DNA of 64,000 bases from Mytilus californianus (Eukaryota). The translations under genes were made by a program, and so were the position numbers. Where the stretch lies: assembly GCF_021869535.1 (NCBI RefSeq), contig NW_026262668.1:127162001-127226000 (forward strand), written 5' to 3'. The notes under the pieces are model-generated. The model made no database searches. It had not been told where the DNA came from and saw only the letters and a list, made by a program, of their open reading frames with translations. Positions 24,955-35,439 of this stretch are shown piece by piece (position 1 is the first letter of the stretch; the number at the start of each line of letters is the position of its first letter).

Positions 24955-26438
24955 TTGCTTATTTAAGTTTCTACCTATCTATTACCATTTTTATACAACC
25001 GCAAAAAAATTTTGCGGTTGTATATTGGTATGACGTCGGCGGCGGCGTCGTCGTCAGAAGACACATTGGTTTTCCCACTCTTACTTTAGTTTAAGTGAAT
25101 GGATCTCCATGAAATTTTACCATAAGGTTCAATACCACAAAAGGAAGGTGGGGATTGATTTTGGGGGATATGGTACCAACAGTTAAGGAATTAGGGGCCA
25201 AAAATAAGCATTTTTGTAACTTCCAGACATAACTTGTGTGTTGGTGAATGGATCTCTCTGACATTGTACCATAAAGGTTCCATATCACAAAGGGAATGCT
25301 GGGATTGATTTTGGGGTTAATTGACTCAAAATTTTAGGAATTAGGGGCAAAAAACAAGCATTTTTAAAGTTTATACTTTCGTCCTGGAGGAAAATGACAG
25401 CTTAAGTAATATTGATTGATAGACGGATGCCAGGTGATGACTTGAGACCTACATGACATGTAAGCACATAGGAGACGATGAATGCCAAGTGACGCCCCTA
25501 ACACATTGTATGTGATCCTGGATACTACTGTGCTTTATGATTACCTCAAGACCTCTAACTTAAATTTGGAGATCCTCTTATATAATAGTTTCTTCAAGTG
25601 TTGCTCTTTAACCATGGAACAGCTGGTGCCAAGTTATTCTCAACATAAACACGTACATGTATATACAACATAGGACCAAACGCTACAGTCTCTCAACTTG
25701 TCTTTAAGATGAAGAACCTCAATTACTGACCATATAAAAACCAGAACCAGACAAATGACTAAACCTGATGCAAGTACTTTGACAAATTGATAAGGCTGTT
25801 GATAACAAAGGCTTGATAAAGTTTCACTTTTATTATATAATATAAGTTTGCCCTTTGGGAGTCAGTATCTCAGCTGGGAAAATTTTGCTCCAGGCCCTGT
25901 CGACGACACTTGGTATAGTGGGTAGCCAAGCCCCGTGGACATGGACACTCCGCCAATCAACTGGAACGCAGAGGGTTCCAAAAGGGGATGAAGCGATGCT
26001 TCATCTCGTAGCAGGGTGCTACGAAAAGGGGTTGGATTGACGGTGGAGAGATGAAAAGTAGTTAATTACTTGGGGATAAGAAGAGAAATTAACCAGTGGT
26101 GAATTTCGTAATGGTCCAAAGATCAGATGTGAAACAGCTGAGTGACCCCCAAGGAATTGAATAGGATGTGGTTGTAAGGGGATGGACTTAAAGTTTAACA
26201 CCTTTGACACCTTCAATACTTCACTGATAATGAAAGATAGAAATAATAAAATATGTATTTAATCATATGAATCAGTTTTTAAAATAAAACAAACAAATAC
26301 ATGATATTAAAATACTCAAATGTTAAATATCTACAGGTATGTATTGTACATGTGCAAATGTACACTATATGGTATAAAATAAGAATAAAAGCAAAAATTA
26401 TTTTACACAGGATATGACGTAATGGATAGATACAAGAA

Positions 26439-27444
26439 TCATGATGATAACTTTTGTTGTGCCTTTTTAATTACATTTTTACTAGTTCTTATATAGCGAC
26501 AATAACTATTAGAATTCCATCTACCTAATGTTTTAATTAAGTGATCCTCAATATTAGATTTTCCAGCTGTTGTAGCAGCTCCAATTCGAAATGAATGTCC
26601 GTTAAAGGACTGAGGATTATATCCACAAATACCCAAAAGATGCTTTAACTTGCTGATGAAAAATTCTCTTTCTAAAGCCTTACCCGATTCGTCAATAAAT
26701 AAAGCACTATTATTTTGAAATTTAAACATTGTTTTCCTTACAATCAAATAATCATGTAAAGCTTTAAATGGACAACAATCATGATTTAGCTTGTGAAGTT
26801 GAATATCAACACCCATCCTGAACGGGTCAGTCTTAGACTGCTTTAAATGTAAAATAACATAGTCAGAATAAAACAAAATATCAGATATACATAAATTGTT
26901 GTTACAATCAAATGATTTTGACCTGTGAATTGTAAATTCGCCACAGCGTAAGAAACCATAAAAAGCTACTGTAAAAGCAGTATATAACATCTGGTCAATA
27001 AAAGGTGAAAAAATTCCTTCTTTAAGCTTAACACATACATGTTGAAGGATATCAAAAGTTATGGGTAAGCGATCTTTAATGATCGGTTTCTGTAATCTTT
27101 TAATAGAATTAAAAAACAAGGACAGTCTCTCTAAATTGTTACTAGAATTATTGAAAGGAGAACAAGCATCTATGTCTAATTCCACATATGTATAGTTTAA
27201 TTGTAGAGTACTGTAGTTTGAGATGTTGAAAGCAATGTGTAGCAAAATATATCAATAGATCTTCTGACACTGAATGAGGCTTGCTGTCAGTGACACTTAT
27301 ACCATTTAATAGCAAAAAATTAAAAAAATGATTATAACCGGTCTCATATGACACTTTTGTCCCTTCAGAAATAGAATAATTCCATAATTTACTAACTGTT
27401 TCACTCAGTGCCACATTACTTCTGATGCACTTGGAACTATGCAT
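26439..27444 (-). pseudogene. Tyrosine recombinase, split by one frameshift near 27160-27190
   Basis: N-terminal part in ORF 27148..27444 (EDLLIYFATHCFQHLKLQYSTIKLYICGIR); catalytic part in ORF 26439..27245 (FLRCGEF, KQSKTD, GHSFRIGAAT, LGRW.S..Y..Y); overlaps the end of RNase H. Confidence 0.85.
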
Positions 27445-29024
27445 GGACTCTGTTCTGCTTTTGGGGCCAGCTTGTGAAAACGGGTGATCTGTAAACGAGA
27501 CAAAGCATCCGAAATTTGGTTTTTATAACCTGGAACATGTTTTGCACTAAAGTAAAAATTATATTTAGCTGCACACCAAGTCAGCTGTCTCATCAATTTC
27601 ATAATTTCTAGAGTTTTTGATCTCCCCTTTTTCACAATAGCTACAGTGGCCTCATTATCACACCAGAATAATATTCTTTTACAAGACCACTCTGGCCCCC
27701 AAAGCAGTGCTGCTACAACAATAGGATATAATTCTAAAAAAGCTATTGAAAGGTTGTTTGTCAATGATGGTAAATCCAAAGGCCAGGTTGAATAAAAGAA
27801 TTTCCCCTGAAAATAGCCCCCAAATCCTATTGTTGACGCAGCGTCTGTAAATAATTCCATATCAAAGCTACTTGTAAATTCATTTTCATGAAACATAGTA
27901 ATGCCATTCCAGTTTGACAAAAAACGTAACCAAAAATCCAAGTCTGTTCTACATTCTGTGCTTAAATGCACGAAATCAGACAAATCTTTAACTGTAGTTG
28001 ACAAATTAATCAAATAAGAAACAAAAGACCTTCCAGGTAAAATAACCCTGGAAGCAAAATTTAAATGTCCCAATAACTGTAAAAGTTCTCTTTTTGTACA
28101 AGATGATTTGTGTAATATTTTGCGAATAAAATTGCATATCCTTTGCACCTTATTATCAGGTAATCTGGTTTCCATTTTTTGTGAGTCTAGTATGATACCC
28201 AAATATTCTAAACAAGTAGTAGGCCCAACTGTTTTATGACTAGCAATGGGAATGTTAAGCCGTTTAAATATTGTCATCATAATTGCCATTGTCCTCTCTC
28301 CATCTTTGTCGGGATGGTCAATTGTTAGGAAATCATCTAATAAATGCAGGATATGCTGTACCTTATAGTTTTTCTCAGCAATATAACACACTGCTTGGGA
28401 GACAGTGTCAAAAATTTTAGGACTGGAACGGCATCCAAAGGTGAGCCTAACATAAAAATAATACATAGATTTCCACTTAAAACAAAACAGTGGCCATTGC
28501 GTAGGTTTGTAAGGACAAATTTTAAATGCATCGGATATGTCGTACTTGGATAGACTTGCTTTTCTCCCACATTTTGAAATGATGCGGATAGCATCATCTA
28601 TTTTCACATAAGACATAGAACAATCATTTTTGTCTATCATATCATTAACACTCATACATTCATCATTGTGTGGTGATGACAAATCTAAAATTAATCTTTT
28701 CTTATCGGAATATTTCCCTGTTGCTACCCCTAGAGGGCTTACTCTAAAACGAGGAAAAGGACTATGTTGAAATGGCCCATACACAAAACCTTTTTCACAT
28801 TCTTTCTTTATCAAATCTGAAACAACTGTAGATTGCGACCTAGCTGAGTAATTATTTTTGCATACTTTGGTATCCCATGTATCGTATTTTACCATAGAAT
28901 CGAAACCATTTCTTAATCCATTTATCAAATATGATGTGAAATTTATATCTGGATGATTCTGCAGCTCATGCTCAAGTTTTTCTATGTTGATAGGAGTTGA
29001 TGCTTTCATCGAATAATCTTCCAA
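27405..29024 (-). CDS. Reverse transcriptase + DIRS-type RNase H (539 aa, open)
   Basis: RLILDLS, KYDISDAFK, LTFGCRSSP, HLLDDF, YLGI; RNase H LFTDA, LELYPI, WCDN, NQISDALSR. Confidence 0.93.
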   Translation of the reverse strand: MEDYSMKASTPINIEKLEHELQNHPDINFTSYLINGLRNGFDSMVKYDTWDTKVCKNNYSARSQSTVVSDLIKKECEKGFVYGPFQHSPFPRFRVSPLGVATGKYSDKKRLILDLSSPHNDECMSVNDMIDKNDCSMSYVKIDDAIRIISKCGRKASLSKYDISDAFKICPYKPTQWPLFCFKWKSMYYFYVRLTFGCRSSPKIFDTVSQAVCYIAEKNYKVQHILHLLDDFLTIDHPDKDGERTMAIMMTIFKRLNIPIASHKTVGPTTCLEYLGIILDSQKMETRLPDNKVQRICNFIRKILHKSSCTKRELLQLLGHLNFASRVILPGRSFVSYLINLSTTVKDLSDFVHLSTECRTDLDFWLRFLSNWNGITMFHENEFTSSFDMELFTDAASTIGFGGYFQGKFFYSTWPLDLPSLTNNLSIAFLELYPIVVAALLWGPEWSCKRILFWCDNEATVAIVKKGRSKTLEIMKLMRQLTWCAAKYNFYFSAKHVPGYKNQISDALSRLQITRFHKLAPKAEQSPCIVPSASEVMWH

Positions 29025-29036
29025 ATGTACATGTAG

Positions 29037-29828
29037 TCATGATTTGTTATCAGGTTTAGTCTGAGTAACATCTTTGCTACTAGTGTTATTTTTGTAGGTT
29101 TGTGAATATTTTTGAGGAACATGAACATTGTGATGGTTTTGTCTATTACCTGTACATGTAGGTGCGGGGTGACCTGTAGATCTACAAGTTGAGCAAGCGT
29201 GAAGAAGGTTGCATGTTGTTCTGAAACAACCCCTGACATTATTATAATTGTTACATACTTCTTTACCGTCATAAAATACTCTACTACGACCTTGTTTATC
29301 AAGCTTGTTTGGCATGTTTGGTCTAACTGACCTGTTGTAACCTAAGTTGCTATCTACATGTATACCCTGATGATCAGAACACTGCAATGCACAAAATTCT
29401 GTGGCATGATCAACTTGATGACATAAGTTGCATGCATTTACTCTAATACCCCCACTAACTAGTGAAAGAATGTCACGGTCTCTTTTACTCCAATCAACCT
29501 TGATGTGTTTCTCTCTTAGGAGTGTAGCTGCCTTTGCAGAGAACAGCTTATGGTAGGTATAAAATTTATCTCCATAAAATTTATGGATCTGAATCAAATC
29601 TGCTTCATATGCATCAAGCTCTTCACGTCTTTCGGGATATGACACACACATGATTCGCTTATATTTTCCAAAGGCCTGAATAAAATCTTGTATATTCAGG
29701 TTCCTGTTAAGACGGGGGTCAGGCTTGCTTGATAGATTAACTTTTATTTCATCAGCAGTGATTCCTATAGAGTAAACGTCCTTTGTATTCAACAGCAAAA
29801 TCAAAAGTGAGAAGCTGGCAGCCTGCAA
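29037..29828 (-). CDS. Gag-like nucleic-acid-binding ORF (N-terminus truncated, no true ATG start)
   Basis: CX2CX4HX4C (CNLCHQVDHATEFC), then CX8CX4CX3H and a second CX2CX4HX4C; DPRL..LNIQDFIQAF.KY segment; in-frame TAG a few codons upstream of the TTG. Confidence 0.8.
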   Translation of the reverse strand: MQAASFSLLILLLNTKDVYSIGITADEIKVNLSSKPDPRLNRNLNIQDFIQAFGKYKRIMCVSYPERREELDAYEADLIQIHKFYGDKFYTYHKLFSAKAATLLREKHIKVDWSKRDRDILSLVSGGIRVNACNLCHQVDHATEFCALQCSDHQGIHVDSNLGYNRSVRPNMPNKLDKQGRSRVFYDGKEVCNNYNNVRGCFRTTCNLLHACSTCRSTGHPAPTCTGNRQNHHNVHVPQKYSQTYKNNTSSKDVTQTKPDNKS

Positions 29829-29969
29829 CTGTAATCTGAGAACCTAATCCCTGATATCAGACAGACCAAATTAGGCATGACCTTTGACCTTATAATGGAA
29901 TCGACTGCCCCATCTCATGGAAGAAACCATCCCGTCTGAATAAACAACACTTATACTCTGCATAAGTTA

Positions 29970-31040
29970 CAATTTCCTGACAATAACTTGTGTGTAAGTG
30001 TATGGATCTTTCTGAAATTATACTACAAGGTTCCATATCACAAAGGGAATGCTGGGATTGATTTTTGGGTTAATTGCCTCAAACTTTTAGGAATTAGGGG
30101 CCAAAAAAGGGGCAAAAAACAAGCATTTTTCTAGTTTCCTGACAATAACTTGTGTGTTAGTGTATGGATCTTTTTGAAATTATACTACAAGGTTCCATAT
30201 CACAAACGGAAAGAAGGAATTGAGTTTGGGGGTAATTGCCCAAAACGTTTAGGAATTAGGGGCCAAAAGGGGCCAAAAATAAGCATTTTTCGAGTTTCCA
30301 GACAACAACTTGTGTTCAAGTATATGGATCTCTCTGAAATTGTACTGCAAGGTACCATACCACAAAGGGAAGGCTGGGATTGATTTTGGGTGTAATTGCC
30401 TCAAAATTTTAGGAATTAGGGGCCAAAAAGGGGCAAAAAACAAGCATTTTCTAGTTTCAGGACAATAACTTGTTTGTAAGTGTATGGATCTTTATGAAAT
30501 TGTACTACAAGGTTCCATATCACAAAGGGAAAGCTGCGTTTGAGTTTGGGGGTAATTGCCTTAAATGTTTAGGAATTTGGGGTCAAAAAGGGGCCAAAAA
30601 TAAGCATTTTTCGAGTTTTCCAGACAATAACATGTGTTCAAGTGTATGGATCTCTCTGAAATTGTACTGCAAGGTACCATACTACAAAGAGAAGGCTGGG
30701 ATAGATTTTTGGGGTAATGCCTCAAAATTTTAGAAATAAGGGGCCAAAAAGGGGCAAAAAACAAGCATTTGTCTAGTTTCAGGACAATAACTTGTTTGTA
30801 AGTGTATGGATCTTTATGAAATTGTACTACAAGGTTCCATATCACAAAGGGAAAGCTGGGTTTGAGTTTGGGGGTAATTGCCCTAAACGTTTAGGAATTT
30901 GGGGTCAAAAAGGGGCCAAAAAACAAGCATTTTTCTAGTTTCCAGACAATAACTTGTGTTCAAGTGTATAGATCTCTCTGAAATTGTACTGCAAGGTACC
31001 ATACCACAAATGGAACGCTGGGATTGAGTTTGGGGGTGAT
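29970..31040. repeat. ~161-bp tandem array (~7 copies) of family A core
   Basis: t(g/a)tatggatc at 29999, 30161, 30321... Confidence 0.9.
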
Positions 31041-31090
31041 GAATCATAAATGGGTTCAAAAAATTTTGGGGGGGGGGATTTTTTTTTCCA

Positions 31091-31840
31091 TTTTTGTCCA
31101 GCCTTAGACTTTTGTCGAAAAAGCGAGACATAGCGATGCTACATTCCGTCGTTGGCGTCGTCGTCGTCTTTGTTGTCGTCGTCGGCGGCGTCCACAAATA
31201 TTCACTCTGTGGTTAAAGTTTTTGAAATTTTAATAACTTTCTAAAACTATCCTGGATTTATACCAAACTTGGACAGAAGCTTGTTTATGATCATAAGATA
31301 ATATTCAAAAGTAAATTTTGTAAAAAAAAAATTCCCATTTTTTCCGTATTTTACTTATAAATGGACTTAGTTTTTCTGCCAAGAAACATTACATTCACTC
31401 TAAAACCAGGAAACATTACATTCACTCTAAAACCAGGAAACATTACATTCACTCTGTGGTTAAAGTTTTTAAAATTTTTAACAACTTTCTTAAACTATCC
31501 TGGATTTGTACCAAACTTGGACATAAGCTTGTTTATGATTAAAAGCTAGTATCTAGAAGGAAATTTTGTTAAAATTTTGTTCCATTTTTTCCGTATTTTA
31601 CTTATAAATGGACTTAGTTTTTCTTCCAGTTAACATTACATACAGTCTGCAGTTAAAGTTTTTAAAACATTTATTAGATTCATAAACTAGCCTGGATTTT
31701 TACCAAACTTGGACAGAAGCTACTTACAATCAAAAGATAGTATAGAGAGGAATATTTTTTATTAATTTTTTTCCTCATTTTTGTTGAGCCTGTGATTAAC
31801 AGCAAAAGTAGGCGAGACACTTGGTTCTGCGGAACCCTTA
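31091..31840 (+). mobile_element. HINE-like family C element
   Basis: 5' gacttttg..aaaaagcgagaca, (cgt)n, duplicated core with a 27-bp triple repeat, 3' caaaagtaggcgagacac plus GGTTC-TGCG-GAACC hairpin. Confidence 0.65.
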
Positions 31841-32582
31841 TGAATTTTTTTCTTTAAAATTTTCCATTTTAAATTGGTTATTTCTGATTTATATATAAAA
31901 GCAAATAATAATGATATGGTTTGAATAGGTAAATTAAAAATTTCTAAGTTCTTAGACCACATTCATTCTGTGTCAGAAACCTATGCTGTGTCAAATATTT
32001 AATCACAATCCAAATTTAGTGCTGTATCAAGCTTGAATGTTGTGCCCATCCTTGCCCCAACTGTTCAGGGTTCGACCTCTGCAGTCGTATCAAGCTGCGC
32101 CCAGCGGAGCATTTTATTAAGATATAAGGCAAAAACGTAAAAAATTGGTAAAAAACGTCATCAAAGGGCAATAACTCTAATAAGGAGTAGTCTGAAGATT
32201 TCGACCATGTGACTTAATTGTAGATCTTGTCTTGCTGATAATTTTGGCAATTTAAAGTTTCTCTGTATCTATTATAGTTATCAAGATAATAGGCAAAAAT
32301 GAAAAAAAAAATGGTAAAATTTGTCATTTAAGGGCAATAACTCCTATAAGAAGTCCCCTAACAGTTTTGACGTAATAAGACAATTGGTAGAGTTCAACAT
32401 ACTGGACATTTTTGTCCTGTCAGATTTTCTCTATTACGGTTTTAAAAATATTAGACAAAACTTGCATTTTGCACCTATGTTCTATTTTTAGCCATGTCGG
32501 CCATCTTTATTGGCAGGCGGGGTCATTGGACACATTTTTTAAACTAGATACCATAATGATGATTGTGGCCAAGTTTGGTTAA

Positions 32583-33154
32583 AGGAGTAGGTCCGGTAAG
32601 GGCCGATTTTGGCCTCAAAATTCAGGTTCATCTGATTAAAGATTTTGGACACTTTTTAAACACTTAAGTGTCTACTTCCGTAGATTCAGTTAGTTTATGT
32701 GAAAGATTTGAACTGATTTAGTCATTATAGACGCTCAAATTCAAGCTTAAATATGACAAATCTATCAAATATGCCATAATATGTCAATTTTCAGATGGTT
32801 TTTGTCAAAAATGAAAGTGGCCGCATCCGTGTTAATTCTCAACCTTTATATATGTTATGTATTATCATCAAATACAACTTACATTTAAATATTAAGAATG
32901 AACACAAATGCGGCCACTTCCATTTCAGACGGAAACCGTCTAAAAATTAACCAAAATGCTAAATTTTTTCAGTAATTTAGCAGGACTTAATGATGCTAGT
33001 ACCCAAAACATGTGCATTGTATAGTCAAAAACAGCCCATATTTATGTAACAGAAGTATTCTTCTTTCCAATGAATAGCTAAAAATTTACATTTTAACAAT
33101 TTTGTAAAACTGCTATTTTTGGGGCCAAAAAGGGGTCTTACTGGGCCTACTCCT
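32583..33154. mobile_element. 572-bp MITE with ~23-bp imperfect TIRs inserted in family B
   Basis: aggagtaggtccggtaagggcc ... ggggtcttactgggcctactcct; left flank ttaa, right TSD not preserved. Confidence 0.7.
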
Positions 33155-33404
33155 TTGGTCTAGTAGTTTCAGAGGAGACGGACGCCAAGTGATGAGAAAA
33201 GCTCACGGCTTGGCCCTTTGGGCCAGGTGATCTAAAAAAACAGTCACCTCAAAACAATCAGCACATCATGATAAACCATTTCTTCTAATCATGACCATCA
33301 ATCAAATCCTAACATTGCTGTCAGGACATTCAACATTAATCATACATTATTTACAGACATACTTATTATGCATGGATGCTATTGGCAATGGGACATTTGA
33401 GGTA

Positions 33405-34532
33405 TTTTTATACGACCGCAAAAAAATTTGTGGTCGTATATTGGTATCACGTCGTCGGCGTCGTCGTCATCCGAAGACATTTGGTTTCTGGACAATAACT
33501 TTAGTAAATGTAAATAGAAATCTATGAAATTTAAACACAAGGTTTATAACCACGAAAAGAAGATTGGGATTGATTTTGGGGGTTATAGTCCTAACAGTTT
33601 AGGAATAAGGGCCAAAAAGGGGCCCAAATAAGCATTTTTCTAGTTTCCAGACAATAACTTGTGGAACGGTGTATGGATCTCTTTGAAATTATACCACAAG
33701 TTTTCATACCACAAGGGATGGTAAGGATTGGCTTTGGGGAGTTATGGCTCAAACCGTTTAGGAATTGGTTGGAAAAACAAGGGTTTCCTGGTTAATGGAC
33801 AATTAAAAAAAAGTACAATGTTAAGTTTGGATTACCTCCCTTACACTGCTTTGAAATTATGTATAAAGAAATGTTGTATTGTCTTGAGGTGATTAGCTGT
33901 CAATCTATTATTAGAAGTTACTATTTAAAAATGCTGATTAAGGAATATTTAACATATTAATTTTAGCCATGATTATGTATGTCATGATCATTTTCTATTT
34001 TAAGACTTTTATAATGTATTTAAATGGGTAATTATGGTTGCAAACTCCATTGGAAATTTGAATTGAGATTATGACCATATCTTGAGGGAAAGAATTTTTT
34101 TTTTTTGGAAAAAGGGGGGGGGGGGGTGAAAAAAAACTGGGAGGGGTGGGGGGGAGGGTAAAAAAGAAATTGTGAGGGGGACAATTTTTTCTCATTTCAG
34201 ATTTCCGAAATTAAAAAGAAAATTTCTTCAAATATTTTTTTTTTTTTTAAAAGAAAGGGGGGGGGGGGTACATTTTTTTTTGGGAGGGGGGGGGGTCAAT
34301 TCGCAACAGCATAGTGCATTGCACAAAAGCAAAAAATTGAACATAAATTCAAATCATATAACCAATTCTAAGTTCTTTGACTACAGTTATTCTGTGTCAG
34401 AAACCTATTATGTGTCAAATATTTAATTACAATCCAAATTCAGACCTGTATCAAGCGCGAATATTGTGTCCATTTTTGCCCCAACTGTTCAGGGTTGGAC
34501 TTCTGCGGTCGTATCCAGCTGTGAAGCAATTT
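33405..34532 (+). mobile_element. HINE-like family A-related copy 4
   Basis: tttttatacgaccgcaaaaaaatttgtggtcgtata ... ctgcggtcgtatccagctgtgaagcaattt. Confidence 0.68.
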
Positions 34533-34569
34533 ATTTTGTTGAGATTTCCTAGTAAACACAAGGTGCTAC

Positions 34570-35080
34570 AGTTTTAATTCCCCGCCTCCATAATCGCTCC
34601 AGACAACCAAAAAAGAATCAGCTGGTTTGGGTTGAAGTGTCTAAACCAAGTGTTACTTCGGGAGAATGTGGCTTATGTGGTGAAAACGCTGAAAATGTTG
34701 CACACAGATGTGTCATTCATCTAAATTAATCAGTAAGGCCACCCCAAAAAACTAGAGAATATTTTGCAATGTGACTAGCAAAAGTTCAAATGTTATTTAT
34801 ATTCCAGAATTTTGCGTGTGGGGCCTCCAATATGTCAGTCATTCTACAATAGCCTCAATGGCAATAGGAGGGATGCTATCCCAAATAAACTGTATCTCCC
34901 AGTGAGCAAACACTTCAGACAGTCGGGCAACAACTTCGATGGCTGTAACTGCCCGAAAGCATTAGTGATTAAACACAAACAAAATGGAATGGTGCTCACC
35001 GTGTAGTGGGAAAGCCTGAATAACAGAATTAAATCTGCTTCATCCAAATGGCACCAATAAAATGATATTGCACTTTTCAC
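34570..35080 (+). pseudogene. Degenerate GIY-YIG endonuclease relic of a Penelope-like element
   Basis: frameshifted segments SSNVIYI, CG..YV, LNGNRRDAIPNKLYLPVSKHFRQ and ELNLLHPNGTN resemble the PLE GIY-YIG C-terminus. Confidence 0.6.
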
Positions 35081-35439
35081 TTTTAGATGTGTTCATCATT
35101 TTTAACAGAGACATATTATATGTGTGTGGTTATAATTTTGGCTGTATATATATTTATGTATATTTGCACATACTACTATACCTTTTGATATAATATGATG
35201 TCTAAGTAAACACTATACCTTTTGATATAATGTGATGTCTAAGTAAACATTAAATTTCAGTTACAGTTTCTGTATTTATGCTGCTTTAACAATGGCCAGC
35301 AGCGATTTATATTCCTATGTGCGCATGGCTAACCCTATTTAGTTGGGTTAGTTTTCATCATACCTTTCTTATCAATTTTCCAGAATTCAAAATTATTCTA
35401 GATTCAAATAATTTCTTGTTTTCTAATGAAAGTCGGTGT

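Larger units (their letters stand above)
25378..29965 (-). mobile_element. Tyrosine-recombinase retrotransposon (DIRS order, Ngaro-like), truncated copy
   Basis: Order on the - strand is gag, RT/RNaseH, YR. There is no methyltransferase domain after RNaseH and no terminal inverted repeats. It interrupts a 161-bp unit of the host repeat (aaacaagcattttt ... tttcctgacaataac). Boundaries are approximate. Confidence 0.88.
24988..32117 (+). mobile_element. HINE-like family A copy 3, interrupted by the Ngaro-like element and a family C element
   Basis: 5' atacaaccgc...gcggttgtat; 161-bp units on both sides of the retroelement; 3' end gctgcgcccagcggagcatttt at ~32095-32115. Confidence 0.7.
22832..33240 (-). 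mobile_element. HINE-like family B element (- strand), outer host of the nested cluster
   Basis: 3' end reversed at 22832 (aactagaggctctaaagag...gctcacc); 5' end reversed at 33225-33240 (ggtgatctaaaa); core units resume after each insertion. Confidence 0.6.

Noticed and set aside
25845-25940. Possible HDV-like ribozyme before the retroelement poly(A) signal
   Set aside because: I could not assign consistent P1/P2/P3/P1.1 pairings by hand; left to a covariance-model search.
28337-28597. Alternative-frame ORFs inside RT (also 29006..29302)
   Set aside because: They are short, have no motifs, and are expected by chance within a coding region.
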